Positions 50,999 through 64,000 of a stretch of 64,000 bases of DNA are shown one piece after another (positions within the stretch are counted from its first letter, which is position 1; each line of letters begins with the position of its first letter). A program made the translations under genes and the position numbers. Under the pieces are notes generated by a model that was not told the origin of the DNA, ran no database searches, and saw only the letters and a program-made list of their open reading frames with translations. This DNA is from Eledone cirrhosa. Lineage: Eukaryota. The stretch lies in the NCBI GenBank assembly GCA_964016885.1, contig OZ024741.1, forward strand, positions 188,232,001-188,296,000. Reading direction: 5' to 3'.

Positions 50999-52590
50999 AT
51001 GGCTAGGCAGACTATCATTGAATTCAACGGAGCACTCTGGACTAGAAAAGATAGAACAGACAACTTTGGCATCACGATGGGCTCAAGTGACTCTGCGCAA
51101 ATCACCGATTTAGTTGGAATTTACCTATTACATAGCATCAGAGCCGAAATCCAACCCTTGCAAGGCAGAATATACAGGGACGACGCCCTATTTGCAGTCC
51201 ACAATTGCACTAATCGGGGCATTGATTTGCGAAAAAAACAATTACATAGATTCTTTAAAAATAACGGTCTCTCTATCACCATCGAGCCGAACCATAAAGT
51301 ATTAAACTTCCTAGACGTCACCCTGGATCTTAACAATAACTTATATTACCCTTACCATAAACCAGGTGAAATACTTACATATATTAGCCCACACTCTAAC
51401 CACCCACCGGCAGTCATCAGAGCAATAATCAAATCTATCACGTATAGGATCTCAATGCTATCAGCAAATGAGGAGATATTTATAAACCATGCACAATATT
51501 ATAATAAGGCTCTTTCTGAATCTGGTTATGAACAATCAATTTATTACATGCCTAAATGCCATAACACAGCAATTCACCATAATAAACTTAACACTAGAAC
51601 TAGAAATACCTTAGCATATAGCCAGATTCGCCGGAATTTTAGCAGTTACAGCACCTATACAGGGAAATTTAATGGTGGCAGTGGCCTGCTCCCCACACCA
51701 AGTAGCAAACTAAAAATCAACCCTAGAATAGGAATGAGAAATGGGATGACAAATAACAAATCCCCAGGTAATAGGAAGGCTCCTACCAACTCTACTAGAA
51801 CCCCTAGAAGGAATAGACCTAGAAATATCACCTGGCTTAACCCCCCATTCTCATCTAATCTAGCCACTAATATCCCTAAACGCTTCTTCTCTATCCTAAC
51901 TAAACATTTCCCCCCCAACCATAGATATTACAAACTCTTTAATAAAAATAACATTAAAATCTCATTCTCCAGAACACCTAACCTAGCTAGCCACATCGCA
52001 TTCAGTAACCATCATAAACTAAGACAGTATAACTCCCACACCGCGGTACCACCACCCCTATCAAATACACCACGCCACTACACCAATAATTACTCTAGTA
52101 GCACACCTCCCCCATCTAATCCTTCTAGCACTGACCTACCGCTTAGGTTAAACTACCCTACTCTCACTAACCGCAGAAGCAACTGCAACTGCCGTTACCC
52201 TAATGCATGCCCATTAAATGGACACTGCCTGACACCCAACATAGTCTATAGGTGCACGGTTAAAACTGCTTCGAATAGCAGCTCTTATATCGGGTCTAAC
52301 CCTTTTAAGGTACGCTATAACGCGCACTCTTTTTTTTCCGAGACCCTAACAATAGATGTTCGACATCGCTAGCTAGGCTCATTAAAAACCTTAAATAAAG
52401 CAACGTTCAACACTCACTAAAATGGGATATCGTGGCTAGGGCCCAACCGTTCAATGGACGTAGAAAATCTTGTGATCTCTGTATTACAGAAGCATATTAC
52501 ATAACTCTATCACGACCTCTACCGATTAACGATAGAACGGAGGTAACTATTAGCTGTCAACATCGAAGGGCTAATTCCTTCGCTAATAGA
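50999..52590 (+). pseudogene. PLE reverse transcriptase + GIY-YIG endonuclease, frameshifted near 52330
   Basis: MGSS, YRDD, NFLDVTL, SNHPP, WLNPPFS, CNCRYPNACPLNGHCL, VY...YIG; after the shift LKWDIV...CDLCITE...CQHR. Confidence 0.88.
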
Positions 52591-52989
52591 ATATTTGACC
52601 CAACTTAGTCATCTAGCCCCATTTTTACCTGTAGCTAATAAGTTAAATAGCTATGACTAACTTAGATAATTATAAGTTACCTCCCCTACATTGTCTCTCA
52701 ATTAAAAAATTTAAAAATTAGGACTTAACTATAAACTACCCACAAATTCTAATCTCTCGAGGAGTTACTTCCCCTGAAACCACCCTCTAATTAGTAAGGT
52801 AAATATGTCCTTTGGCAGCCATCTTGGTACCCATAGGCAATCTCACAAAATGCAGCCTAGACAGATGAATACTGCTTGATTATGGCAACTTGACAACTGA
52901 TGCAACCAAGACACCATAGTGAAAAACCAATATATGGAACATTATATTATGTAACATTCTCTCATTATTTTAATTTATATTCCTTTGAA

Positions 52990-53109
52990 GTTCCGATGAG
53001 CTGCTCTGTTCTTTAAATATGTTAATTATTTTCAACTGAACCAGATCAATTATGATATATAGTCATCTGATCCAGAAATATTATATGGAGTAGCGAAACA
53101 ATTGTAAAC
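52990..53109 (+). ncRNA. Hammerhead ribozyme in the PLE right pseudo-LTR (core CCGATGA, mutated)
   Basis: GTT-CCGATGA-GCTGCTC...GAGTAGC-GAAA-CAATTG-TA^-AAC. Confidence 0.65.
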
Positions 53110-53416
53110 GGACATTATTATTATTAATATTATTATTATTATTCTCTACATTCCTTACATCAAACTAAAATATGTTGACAATCTTTTAATAATGTCTTCC
53201 TTGTGAAATTTGTGGTCTTGTTTTGCTTAACTAATGAATATTTTCAGCTCTGCACACCTAACTTCTGCATGAACCCAGCCACCTAGCTGCTTTCTACTGC
53301 ATATTGCACATTGAGCACATGCCTTTACGCTTTGGCTTCTAACTAATTCACCAATCTCTCCTCTCATATCTCCTCTCCTATCTCCATCTCTCTCTTTAAG
53401 ATTGGTTACTCTTGAA

Positions 53417-53455
<39 letters not shown>

Positions 53456-53514
53456 CCCCATTTCAGCCCTGCTTGTCTCCTCAATCTTTCTATGTCTTCT
53501 TTAATTTCTCATTC

Positions 53515-53636
53515 TTTTTCTGATGAAGGAGTAGTGTCTGAAATATTAAGACTTTTTCTACTATATCAAGCATAAAACTAATATATTTCTTCATTGTACT
53601 GTGTCATTTGCTTTGTTATTTCTGTTTGCCCTTTGC
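53515..53636 (+). repeat. Degenerate hammerhead-bearing repeat; a related dead copy lies at about 37775-37880 (minus)
   Basis: CTGATGA-AGGAGTAGTGTCT-GAAA-TA-TT-AAGAC. The downstream sequence is shared with the 37.8-kb copy (GAAACGTTAAGAC). Confidence 0.5.
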
Positions 53637-53658
53637 ATATATATATATATATAAATAT

Positions 53659-54043
53659 GGAGGCACATGGCTTAGTGGTTAGAGCATTGGCCTTGCAATC
53701 GAAAGGTTGTGAGTTCAATACTCGGACCAGGTGATGTGTTGTTTCCTTGAGCAAGACACTTTATTTCACATTGCTCCAGTTTACTCAGCTGTAGAAATGA
53801 GATGATAGGACTAAGGTCCCTGAAGAGTGGACATGTAGACGCCACGGAAAAAAAGCACCCAGCACTCACTGTAAATGAGGTTGGTGTTAGGAAGGGAATC
53901 CAGCTGTAGAAATCAAGCCAGAATCAGTTCCCGTATGAGCAAGACAAGGTCAGCCGACCGGACACTGCCCACAACAGGACAACCCGTCTAACCCATGCTT
54001 GCGTGGAAGAATGGACGTAAACCGGTGATTATGATGATGGTGA
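53659..54043 (+). mobile_element. SINE family A variant with a longer RTE-derived tail
   Basis: Family A head; tail 53934-54040 matches the 3' end of the RTE at 38541. Confidence 0.88.
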
Positions 54044-54070
54044 TATATATTTGTGTGTATGTATATATAT

Positions 54071-56830
54071 ATCATCATCATCATCATCATCATTTAACAT
54101 TTATTTTCCATGCTAGGATGGGCTAGACAGTTTGTCCTATTTGAGGTAAGTCAGGTCAGGTGACCATGTCTTGCTCATAGAGAACTGTTTCTGACTTGGT
54201 TTTTACAGCTGGATGTCCTTCCTAACAACAACCACATTTACAGTGTGATCTGGGTGCTTTTTGTCATGACATTTGCACAACCACTTTACAGTGTGCACTG
54301 GGGACTTGAGTGGGGGAGGTGTATGGAGATTGGGGAGGTAAGTATAGAGGTATGTGTGAGATTCTCTGCACAGAGCACTCGGGTCTCACTAACATGCAAC
54401 ATTACTACTGTTCATATATATGCTTCATACAATCTGCCCTTCATTTTGAGGAAAAAACCTTTTATAGATAGCAGAGGTAGTAGCTCCCTGAACAATCTCC
54501 ATCCCGTTCTTACTTTGGCTACTGCACTTTCAAAATAACCTCCTCCACTGCTAATTTGGTCACCTAGGTAACAGAAACTGTCAACTAGTTCTACAGAGCC
54601 ATCTGGGCATCTGAAGGAACTAGTATCCTGTGGGCACTTGCTACTTACTGCACCTGTGCATCAGCCACATATAAAATCTATGTTCTTTGATAGCCTGCCT
54701 GTGATCCCACTACATCTTTTGTGTACCCATAGCTTGCACTAGGGATATATGATGAAATTTCTACCTACTCCTTTCCTGCACACTGAACAAGGTCATTTCC
54801 CTGAGAGAATCTGGGCACTGTTTTCCTTTCTATATACTAGGACTTTAGTTAACTTTAAAACCTTTTGATTCTAGGCCATGCTTCCAGGTTTGGAATTTCC
54901 TCTCTAATTCTGCCATATATTCAGCTATAAGAGTTAGATCATCTGCATATAGAAGTTCAAATGGGCAGCCAGTCTTAAACTCTTTTGTTATAGCCTGTAT
55001 GGCAATAATAAACAGGACAGGGTTAAAGAGGGAGCCCTGATGGACACCTACCTGCACGCTAAATTAGTCATTGCTAATTTTAACCATGCTATACATAGCT
55101 TGAACTGCCTTCACAAGCCAGTCATCTACTCCTAGCTTTCTAAGAGACCACCATATAATGGAATGGGGGACTCGGTCAAAAGCTTTCCCCAGATCAACAA
55201 AAGCTAAGTAGAGGAGTTTACTTTTAGCTAGGTACTTCTCTTGCAGTTGCCTCACAAGGAAAAGAACATCCTTGGTACTTTAACTTGGCAAAAATCCAAA
55301 CTGCATTTCATTTAGGTTAACTTGGTCCCTAATCAGTTGTGCAATAACTCTTTCTGTGACCTTCCTAACCTGGTCAACCAACTTAATGCCCCTATAGTTT
55401 ACTCAGTCTAGAATATCTCCTTTGCCCTTGTAGCAGTTGACAATGATGCTGCTACACCAGTCATTGGGTATGACACCATTTTTTATTATTTGGTTTACAA
55501 TACGGGTGGCCATGGTGTGACCCACCATCCCAGATGCTATCCCTGAAGGTCCAGCTACTTTACCTGTCTTCATATCATTGAATGCCTTACTTACTATACC
55601 GCTGTTTGTACAGGTGGTCCCTTTGTTGGGTCACCATGGGGCGAACTATCTTTATCGCATTCATTCTCCTTATTTAGTAGTGTTTCATAGTGGCACTTCC
55701 ATGCCACCTTCTTTTCAGCTTCAGTGAGTGCCAGTACACTATTTTCATCATGGACACATTTCTCCCCATCAACATCACAATTATCCCTGAAACACTGCCT
55801 TGCAATCCTGAACACTTCACACCGTTGATCCTTGCATTGCAGAACATGCTTAGATTTTTTTATTTTCTGCCTCACTTCTCTTCTAACATTCTGGTGGACG
55901 TCTCTATGGCCCCCATCCTGCCATTCCTTTCATGCCTGTCTTTTGGCCTTAATTGTCTCCTCCAGCCTACTGTTCCAACACCAAGTCACTTTCCTCCCTA
56001 GAGACCTGCTCCAACCACAGATTTCACTTGTCATCTTCAGTAGGTTATCTTTCAGGAATTCCCACTCTCCCCTATATTGTATGTCCGCATTTAATATTCC
56101 TTACTGTCAAAAGCATCAAACAACATACCACTAAATTTGTTACTGGCTGTTGGATCCTTTAACTTCCATATTCTTCTCATCCAAGTTGTCCTCTCTTGTT
56201 GAATTTGTCTAGCCCTAACTATAAGGTTGCTAACTACTAGGTTATGTTGGGGGATACATTCTTCCCCAAGGAGGGTCTTTGTGTTTATAACTGTTACTCT
56301 GTCTCGTCTTCTGGTAAGGATAAAATCTATCTGGCTGATATGCTCCCCTGATCTATAGGTGATCATGTGATTGTCTTGTTTTTTGTAGTTTGTGTTACAG
56401 ATAGATAGATCAGTGGCATTACAGAATTCCAGGAGCCTTCCTCATTTCTAGCACCAAACCCATAACCACCATGGATCCTGTCAAAGCCATCACGGTGTTT
56501 CCCAACATCCCCATTAAAGTTGTGTGCAATGATTAGGAAGTCACCTTTGCCTATTTGAGAAGTACTATGCATCAGGGTCTCATAGAACCTGTTTTTTAAT
56601 ACATCTGGCAGACCAGATTGGGATGCGTAAGCAGGTATAATTGACACGGTTGTTCTATTTAGTACTAGTCTAATTTTAATGATTCTGTCATTCACTCTAT
56701 TTATAGCAATTACCTTATGTACCCATTTTTTTGCATGATCCCTACTCCACCAAACCCTTGTCATCTCTACAATCTCACCTAATCCTCGTTTCATCATGCC
56801 TACATTGATGGTACCAGCTCTGAAATTATG
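54071..56830 (-). mobile_element. Near full-length degenerate RTE LINE (APE + RT)
   Basis: AGTINVG, AYASQSG, NFNGDVG, SQIDFIL, AFVDLGKAFDRVP, YADD; many stops and deletions. Confidence 0.9.
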
Positions 56831-57356
56831 GAGTTCACCGGAAGGGTGAGAGGAAGAAGATGAAAGCTTGGGAGGAGCATAAGAGATGAATTGGTGTTGG
56901 TTTTGGTTTTCCATGCCTGACTTGAAAAGGAGCGTTTGCATGACTGTCCTGAGAAGGGAGGTCAATTCATATTCATCTTTAGGAATTCTCCGACTCTGTA
57001 GTCTATTTATCATACGAAACAACGATCCAGCACATAACAATGTTTAGTAATATTAGTAGTAGCAAAAGAAAAGAAGAAATTCGATTTAGAGTGAGATGTA
57101 ATTGTGCCACTGAGATTCGATTGGTCCAAATGACAATGGAGGTGTGTTAGTGTGGGTGGGAGGGAAAATGGGGAAAAGACAGAATATTTTCGAGTTGTGA
57201 TACCTGAAATAGTAAAGTATAATAATGGATGTAATGGAGTTGGGAAAAGAAAGACAATTTTACATTCCTCACAAAGACTCAGCTTTGAATATATATTTTT
57301 CTGCTCTACTATGTAGTATTGAGCAATCTTTCATTGTTTTTCAGTTCACCCATAGC

Positions 57357-57400
<44 letters not shown>

Positions 57401-57549
57401 CTCACAGAAAGTTCATCTGTATATATTCACATGCAAACATAGGAAGTTATCTTGATCTATCTATATGTGTGTATGTATATATATAAGTAATAGTCAGTAC
57501 ATGAAAATGGAGAGAGAGGTGTAGGTAGTTTAAAAGGTCAAATGTTTAA

Positions 57550-57768
57550 CCCTTTAGAGTTCAGACAGGCCAAATCCAGCCAGAATTCACTACCTCTTTC
57601 TGTTGAAACTGGCTGTAACTGGTCGCTCATACTGATGTAAGGTACTGTTCTCAAAATAAATATTTTCAAAATCTCATAGATTCGATATTATGTGAGATAA
57701 CTATGTGAGGTAAAGCCTTTACCATGAAAATACAAAAGTATATATAAAATAATGTGAATGCTAAAGGG
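57550..57768. mobile_element. piggyBac-type MITE
   Basis: TTAA|CCCTTTAG...CTAAAGGG|TTAA; homologous to 19491. Confidence 0.8.
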
Positions 57769-57877
57769 TTAATGGACATCAGAAGACCTAATGTAAAATG
57801 TAAGAAAAGAGCAGAGTAGAGAGAGAGTTTACAGAATGATCAATGTGTTTGTATATATATATATATACATATATATA

Positions 57878-58437
<560 letters not shown>

Positions 58438-58979
58438 TTACCCTTTCATACAATATACTCTTGTCTGTGTGTGTGTATATGTGTGAGTGTGTGTGTGAGT
58501 GTGTGAGTGTGTGAGTGTGTGAGTGTTTTTAAATGAGGTTCATACAAACATATTGTACTCCTTCCCGCACAAACACACACATACTCTCTCTATTTCTTAT
58601 TAAATCAGTAAATCCAAATAAAACTGGAAGCGCAGATGGAGAAAAAGGAAAGGAAAAAGAAAGAAAGAAAAATCAATAAGTAATAAAAATTTGATTGTTG
58701 ACAGTAGCAGCTGGTCCCTCTGCATTGTTTTATGGGTGGAGGTGACATTGTACCAGTAGACTACAGTCTAGTATAGGGAGGTCAAGGAACTCAACTGGAG
58801 GTTATGTGGGCAGTTATGGAACCCCCACTGTAAATCTACTATTAAATCAGCTACATCTGTGGGAGATCTAACATGCTGCTTAATGTAATCCTTTTGATAC
58901 CAAACCTACCCCAAACCACCCTTAATTCTATGATACAAAACTGTTTATTTTAAAATGTTTATATTTATTTAAAAGCCTC

Positions 58980-59712
58980 ATCATCATCGCTTTAAATCTG
59001 TTTTTCTATATTTTCATGGGTTGGATGGGCCTTTTCCAGCAACATATCCCTCCACTCATTGCAGTCCTATGCCGTCTTTAATGTGAGCTTCAGTAATTTG
59101 AGATCAGCTCTTACAACCTCTGCTTAGGTCTTTCATGGTCCTGCTCTACTATAGCTCCCTTCCACTGGGATTCCCTGGCATTTCTTCACCCAACGATCAT
59201 CAACTATATGCATTACATGATCATACCAGTACACTATTCTTTTCTGCACACTACATCTGATTCCTCTTATACCAGCATTTCTCCCAGTTCATCCATGTTT
59301 TGTTGTTCATGCACATTAGCATTGCACATCCATTGGAGCATACTTGTTTCATTTCTCTCTAGCCTTTACGTATCCTCCACTTTCATTGTCCAGGTTTCAC
59401 TAACATCACACTTCACACACAAGCATCATACAGACAGTTTTTCTTTTGTAGAAAGAAACCTTTTTGTTACAACAGAGCTAGTATCTCCCTGAACCTTTTC
59501 CATCCTGTTCTTATCCTAGCTTCTATGCTCTCAGTACTACCTCCTCCACCATCAATTAGATCACCTATGTAGAAGAAGCTATCAACCTCCTTTATGGATC
59601 CTTCATGTGATTGGAAAAGTTTATTTCACCACTGCTCTTATTACCAACTATCTCTGTGCATCTGTCATATACAAAGTCTAACTTTTCTGTTAGTCTGCCG
59701 GCTATTCCACTC
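58980..59712 (-). mobile_element. Old RTE LINE 3' fragment
   Basis: Reverse strand gives VDSFFYIGDLIDGGGGSTESIEARIRTGWKRF. Confidence 0.75.
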
Positions 59713-61616
59713 AAGCCTTCCATCATAATTTTATGTAAGAAACTTTAAGTTAGGTTATGTTTCAAACACCAACTTAATAATGAGAATGTTAATTACTGTA
59801 CTAAATCCCTCCAAATTCTTGATTATTTTCAAAATTATTTGAAAATCATAGGCAGTGTCTTCTTTCACTAGAAATATGGTAATGAAAGGGTTAATACCAC
59901 CACCTGTTCATGGATGTCTTTTGGAGGTTCTAACATATTACCTTTTTTTATCTTATTTCATTTTAATATTTTTTTTTACTATTTCGTCATGGCCTCCAAG
60001 ACTGATGGGAGGGGAAGAAGTTATCCTCAAACTAGAGGCCTGGACCAATTACTTACAAGCAAAGAGCCAGAACAAATACCACAGACATCTTTTCTAATGC
60101 TAATAATTCAGCAAATTCATTGCCATACATTAGTATTTTATCAGCCCTGAAAGGATGAAAGGGGATGATGACCATAGTGGGATTTGAACTTAGTACACAC
60201 AACAAATAATGCAAGGTATTTTGTCCTACATTCTAACGGTTCTACCAATTCGCAACATTAAACACCCCCATATGATCATTGGGTCTCTTTTGTAGAATCA
60301 CCTGGTCCTTGGGTGCCTTTACTAGAGTAGTAGGTCCAACACTCCACCCAGTATAATATCATCACTTGGTCCTCATGTGTTTTAAGTAGAGTAGTAAGTC
60401 AAACACTCCCATCTGGTCTTTGGGTGCCTTTAGGTTGGGTGGTATAAACTAAACACACCACATAGTTTTCATGATACTACCTCCTGGCCTTTAGATGCCT
60501 AGAACAGAATTAATCTTATTGCAAGCATTTAGACCAGACTCCCTTCCAATACTCTCTATTGAATGATAAATCTTACACATTGCTTGGTTGAACACCACCA
60601 CTGCCAGTTAGTCTTAATGATACCCAACTGTCTTAAAACATCATACAGTAGTCTCTTAGGCATTAATTTATAAAATTGGTATAGGTTTATTAAGCTTACA
60701 CCATATTTCTAATAAAATATATTACCTATGTATTTCAAATGATTTGAAAATCATTAAAAAAATTTGGAAGAAATTAATAAAATAATTAATATTATTTAAT
60801 AAAATTTTTCAAAAATAATTTTGGTTGAATATTTTAAAATAAGATTTGTATCATAAAATCAGGATGGTTTCAAGTGGTTATGTATCAAAGGGGTTAAGTT
60901 ATATTTTTAAAGAATAGGTTATGTAAAATAGTTTTTAAAATGATTTATGCAAAATATTTAGTTTTAACTCATTATATAGATTTAGATTTCTTAAGAAAAG
61001 AGAAGGGGAAAATAGCCAATTCAATAAAGCGTTATCAGTCATCTCTTCAATGTTTTAATGTCTACTTATTCTATGTTGGCATGGGTTGTACAGGTGTTAT
61101 ACACAGCATATATCCACTCATACATCAAATAATTAAATCAGACCAAAGCAGGCAGACTATATAATAAATAAAGAAATTAATTTGGTGTAGTGTTAGAATG
61201 GAAATACATTCAGAGATATTTCTAAAACATCTCTTTAAGGCAGCTTTTTAGACATCTCTTAAAGATAATTTTGCCTTAAGCAAATGTCTAAGAGAGCTGT
61301 TAGAACAGTTCTTAAGATTGTGTTTTGTTTTAGCCCATAAAGAAAGCTTTTTAAGCTAGCTCTTCAAGACTGCTTTTTAAAAGAACTCTCTAAGGTTGCT
61401 TTTTAAGACACTGAGAGTTTTTTAAGAGTTTTCTATGACTGTTCTCTAAGACAGCTTTTTAAGATTACTTTCTAAGAAAGCTCTCAAAAACATCTTTCTA
61501 AGGTAGCATTTTAAGACATTTTTTTAGTGAAGAATCACAAAAAAATATAAAAGCAAAAATATTAGTAAAACATCAGTTTAAGGAGAACATAAAATGAATA
61601 AAACTTAGATATTTAC

Positions 61617-61746
61617 CAACTGGCAAAAACTTTCTTTCCATGAATTTTGATTCTTTTGTTCTTCCGGTGAGACAAAGTTAAATGTCTTTGAATCTGGATG
61701 TATTAATGGCTTGTCATATTCAAACACATCTTTGTAAAGAACTCGC
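61617..61746 (-). CDS. FBXO11: FBXO11 orthologue, internal exon immediately after the F-box
   Basis: ttcttgtag|G CGA...CAG TTG|gtaaat. Encodes (W)RVLYKDVFEYDKPLIHPDSKTFNFVSPEEQKNQNSWKESFCQL, matching the vertebrate FBXO11 WKRLYMEVFEY...WKESFQQL segment as recalled. Confidence 0.9.
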
Positions 61747-62932
61747 CTACAAGAAAAATAATATTTATTGAAGTGCCATAATTATAATTTCTTACACAAG
61801 TATAAGGCCAACATTTGAGGGGAGGGAAACAATTCAATATATTGACCTTGGTTGTTTAATAACAAGGATGAAAGGCAAAAATTGTTCTCTGAAGGATTTC
61901 AACTTAAAACAAAAAAGGTCATAACAAAATACCATAAAGCATTTTGTTTAGAACTCTAATGATATTGCCATTTCACCACCCATCATAAACTAAATGGAAT
62001 GGCAATGTTGTGTCTTTGATGTCATCATCATCATCATCATCATCATCGTTGTCATTTTCTACATCAATTTTTCCACGCTTGCATGGGTATTATTGTGAAA
62101 TAGTTAGGTCATAAACTTATTGAGGTGGCAATTATGTCTTAAATACATTGAAGAGTTAGTTATGTCAAAAACATATTGCTGTGTCATATTTATGTCATAA
62201 GCTTATAACATTGCTATAGTTATATTAAAATTCTCACCCCATAACCACATCTGACTTGGGGCAAGTCACCCTCCACCCCATATGGTTGAGAAAATTCTTT
62301 GGTTGGGTCAAGGGCATGACAACCTCTCTAGTTATAGTGTCATGAAAAATGCATCTGGTATACTCTGTGAAGTGGTTGGCATAAAAAGTGCATCCAGCTA
62401 TATAAAACTTGCCAATCATAGTTGAAAGGACTCTTTAGTTTTATCAAGGACATAACAATCTTTCTGGTCCTCATGCCACAATAAAATACACTCAGTAGTT
62501 TCTGTAAAGTGCTTGAATGTATCTAAGTGAGATGTGGGCTTCCTGTCAATCTGGGAGGTCTGTGGCTTCGATTAAGTACTGATTTAATCTGTGATGATTC
62601 ATCCAATGCCAGCCTAGAAGAACAGATGTTAATTGATGATGATGATGATATGTATGTGTTTCTCCATGTCTGTGTCTACGTTTGTGTCTGTGTGTGTTTA
62701 TGTCTAATAACTTAATGGTTCAGCAAAAAAAAAAAAAAAAAAAAAATGTGATTGATAAAATAAGTACCAGAATTGAAATAATAAATACTGTGATCAATTA
62801 TGATCTACTAAATCAAGGCAGTGCTCCCACCATGGCCTGCAGTCCAATGACTGACACCAGCAACAAGAAAAATAGAAAAAAAAATTAACTAAGACTATTT
62901 ATACATATATTTATAAATATATAATTATATAT

Positions 62933-63259
62933 GGAGGCACATGGCTTAGTGGTTAGAGCATTGGGCTTGCAAGCGAAAGGTTGTGAGTTCAATTCTCAGA
63001 CCGGGTGATGTGTTGCTTCCTTGAGCAAGACACTTTATTTCACATTACTCCAGTTTACTCAGCTGTAAATGAGATGATAGGGACTAGGGTCCATATCATT
63101 CCACTGCAAAGTTGTTGTGTAGGTGCCATGGCAAAAAGCACTCAGCACTCACTGTAAATGAGGTTGGTGTTAGGAAGGGCATCCAGCTGTAGAAATCAAG
63201 CCAGAATCAGTTCCCGTCCCACCCTTGCAAGCAGGGAAAAGTGGACATAAAATGATGAT
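62933..63259 (+). mobile_element. SINE family A
   Basis: Full-length match. Confidence 0.9.
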
Positions 63260-63303
63260 ATCATCATCATCCCCATTTAACATTGTTTTTTTCCCTCTGC
63301 TGG

Positions 63304-63358
<55 letters not shown>

Positions 63359-64000
63359 TATATATTTGTATATGTATATGTGTATATATGTGTGTATGTA
63401 TATATATATATATTGTATGATATTTATTAGCAATATTTGGTGTTATTTTAGATTTGTTAGTCCCCAGAAACAAAGAGAGGATGTTTGATCAATAAATCAA
63501 TAAGCAATAAATGTCAACTAGAATTACTGTCTTCCTCTCTACAATATACAAAAAACAAAAAAAAAACAAAAAAAAAAACATAAAAAAGAAGCCAGATGGC
63601 AAACGAAGGAGGAAGTTGTTTTCCTGGCTTTATGACAGTTATACATATTAAATAAATTACATTAATGAAAACATTAGTTATTTGGTTGGAGCAAGTAACT
63701 AATGTTTCAGACAATGTTTTAAGTCTCTCAAGGCAAAATAAGTTCTTTGTTGATGACACATTTAGAACCAGAATGCCAACCAACTATACAATACAATGAA
63801 ACCTCTTTGTGGTTGCTTGACCTAACAACCAGATCTCCAACAATTCTTTTGAAAAACTATTTAGTCAGTGCAAGGGGGACAGTGCCCATGACCGTTTTCA
63901 GGTTTTCTCAGACAGGTAGAAGGGATGTATCCTCAAATCAGAGACCTGGATCAAAAGCTTCCAACAGAGTGTACTCATGAAGATCATGATCAGTGTTAAA

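Larger units (their letters stand above)
50509..53241 (+). mobile_element. Penelope-like element (possibly Naiad type), 5'-truncated, flanked by inverted pseudo-LTRs
   Basis: 50509-50984 (minus a SINE insert) is the reverse complement of 52898-53241. An RT + GIY-YIG reading frame lies between them. Confidence 0.92.

Overview
This is AT-rich, (TA)n-laden animal genomic DNA. The repeat landscape suggests an octopus or other coleoid cephalopod, but that is an inference. One host gene spans the whole window on the minus strand: 11 internal coding exons (61746 down to 9609) of an FBXO11 orthologue, covering the post-F-box region and the CASH/PbH1 beta-helix. All 11 have GT-AG boundaries in matching phase, and the two largest introns are about 29.6 kb and 11.1 kb. 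The introns hold RTE-clade LINEs whose RT carries an inserted C4HC3 PHD-like finger, two tRNA-derived SINE families, a Penelope-like element (RT + GIY-YIG), a DD37D/maT transposon, piggyBac-type MITEs, a CRE-like fragment and microsatellites. The main unexplained signal is a dispersed set of minimal type I hammerhead ribozymes (CUGANGA...GAAA core, mostly with palindromic stem III: CUAG, CAAUUG, UGCGCA, UAUAUA, CAUAUG). They sit in several unrelated non-coding elements, mostly arranged as fold-back or tandem-plus-inverted repeats. One example is a 466-bp-monomer retrozyme-like array with four intact ribozymes. The Penelope element carries the same ribozyme in its inverted termini and is the likely type of mobilising partner.
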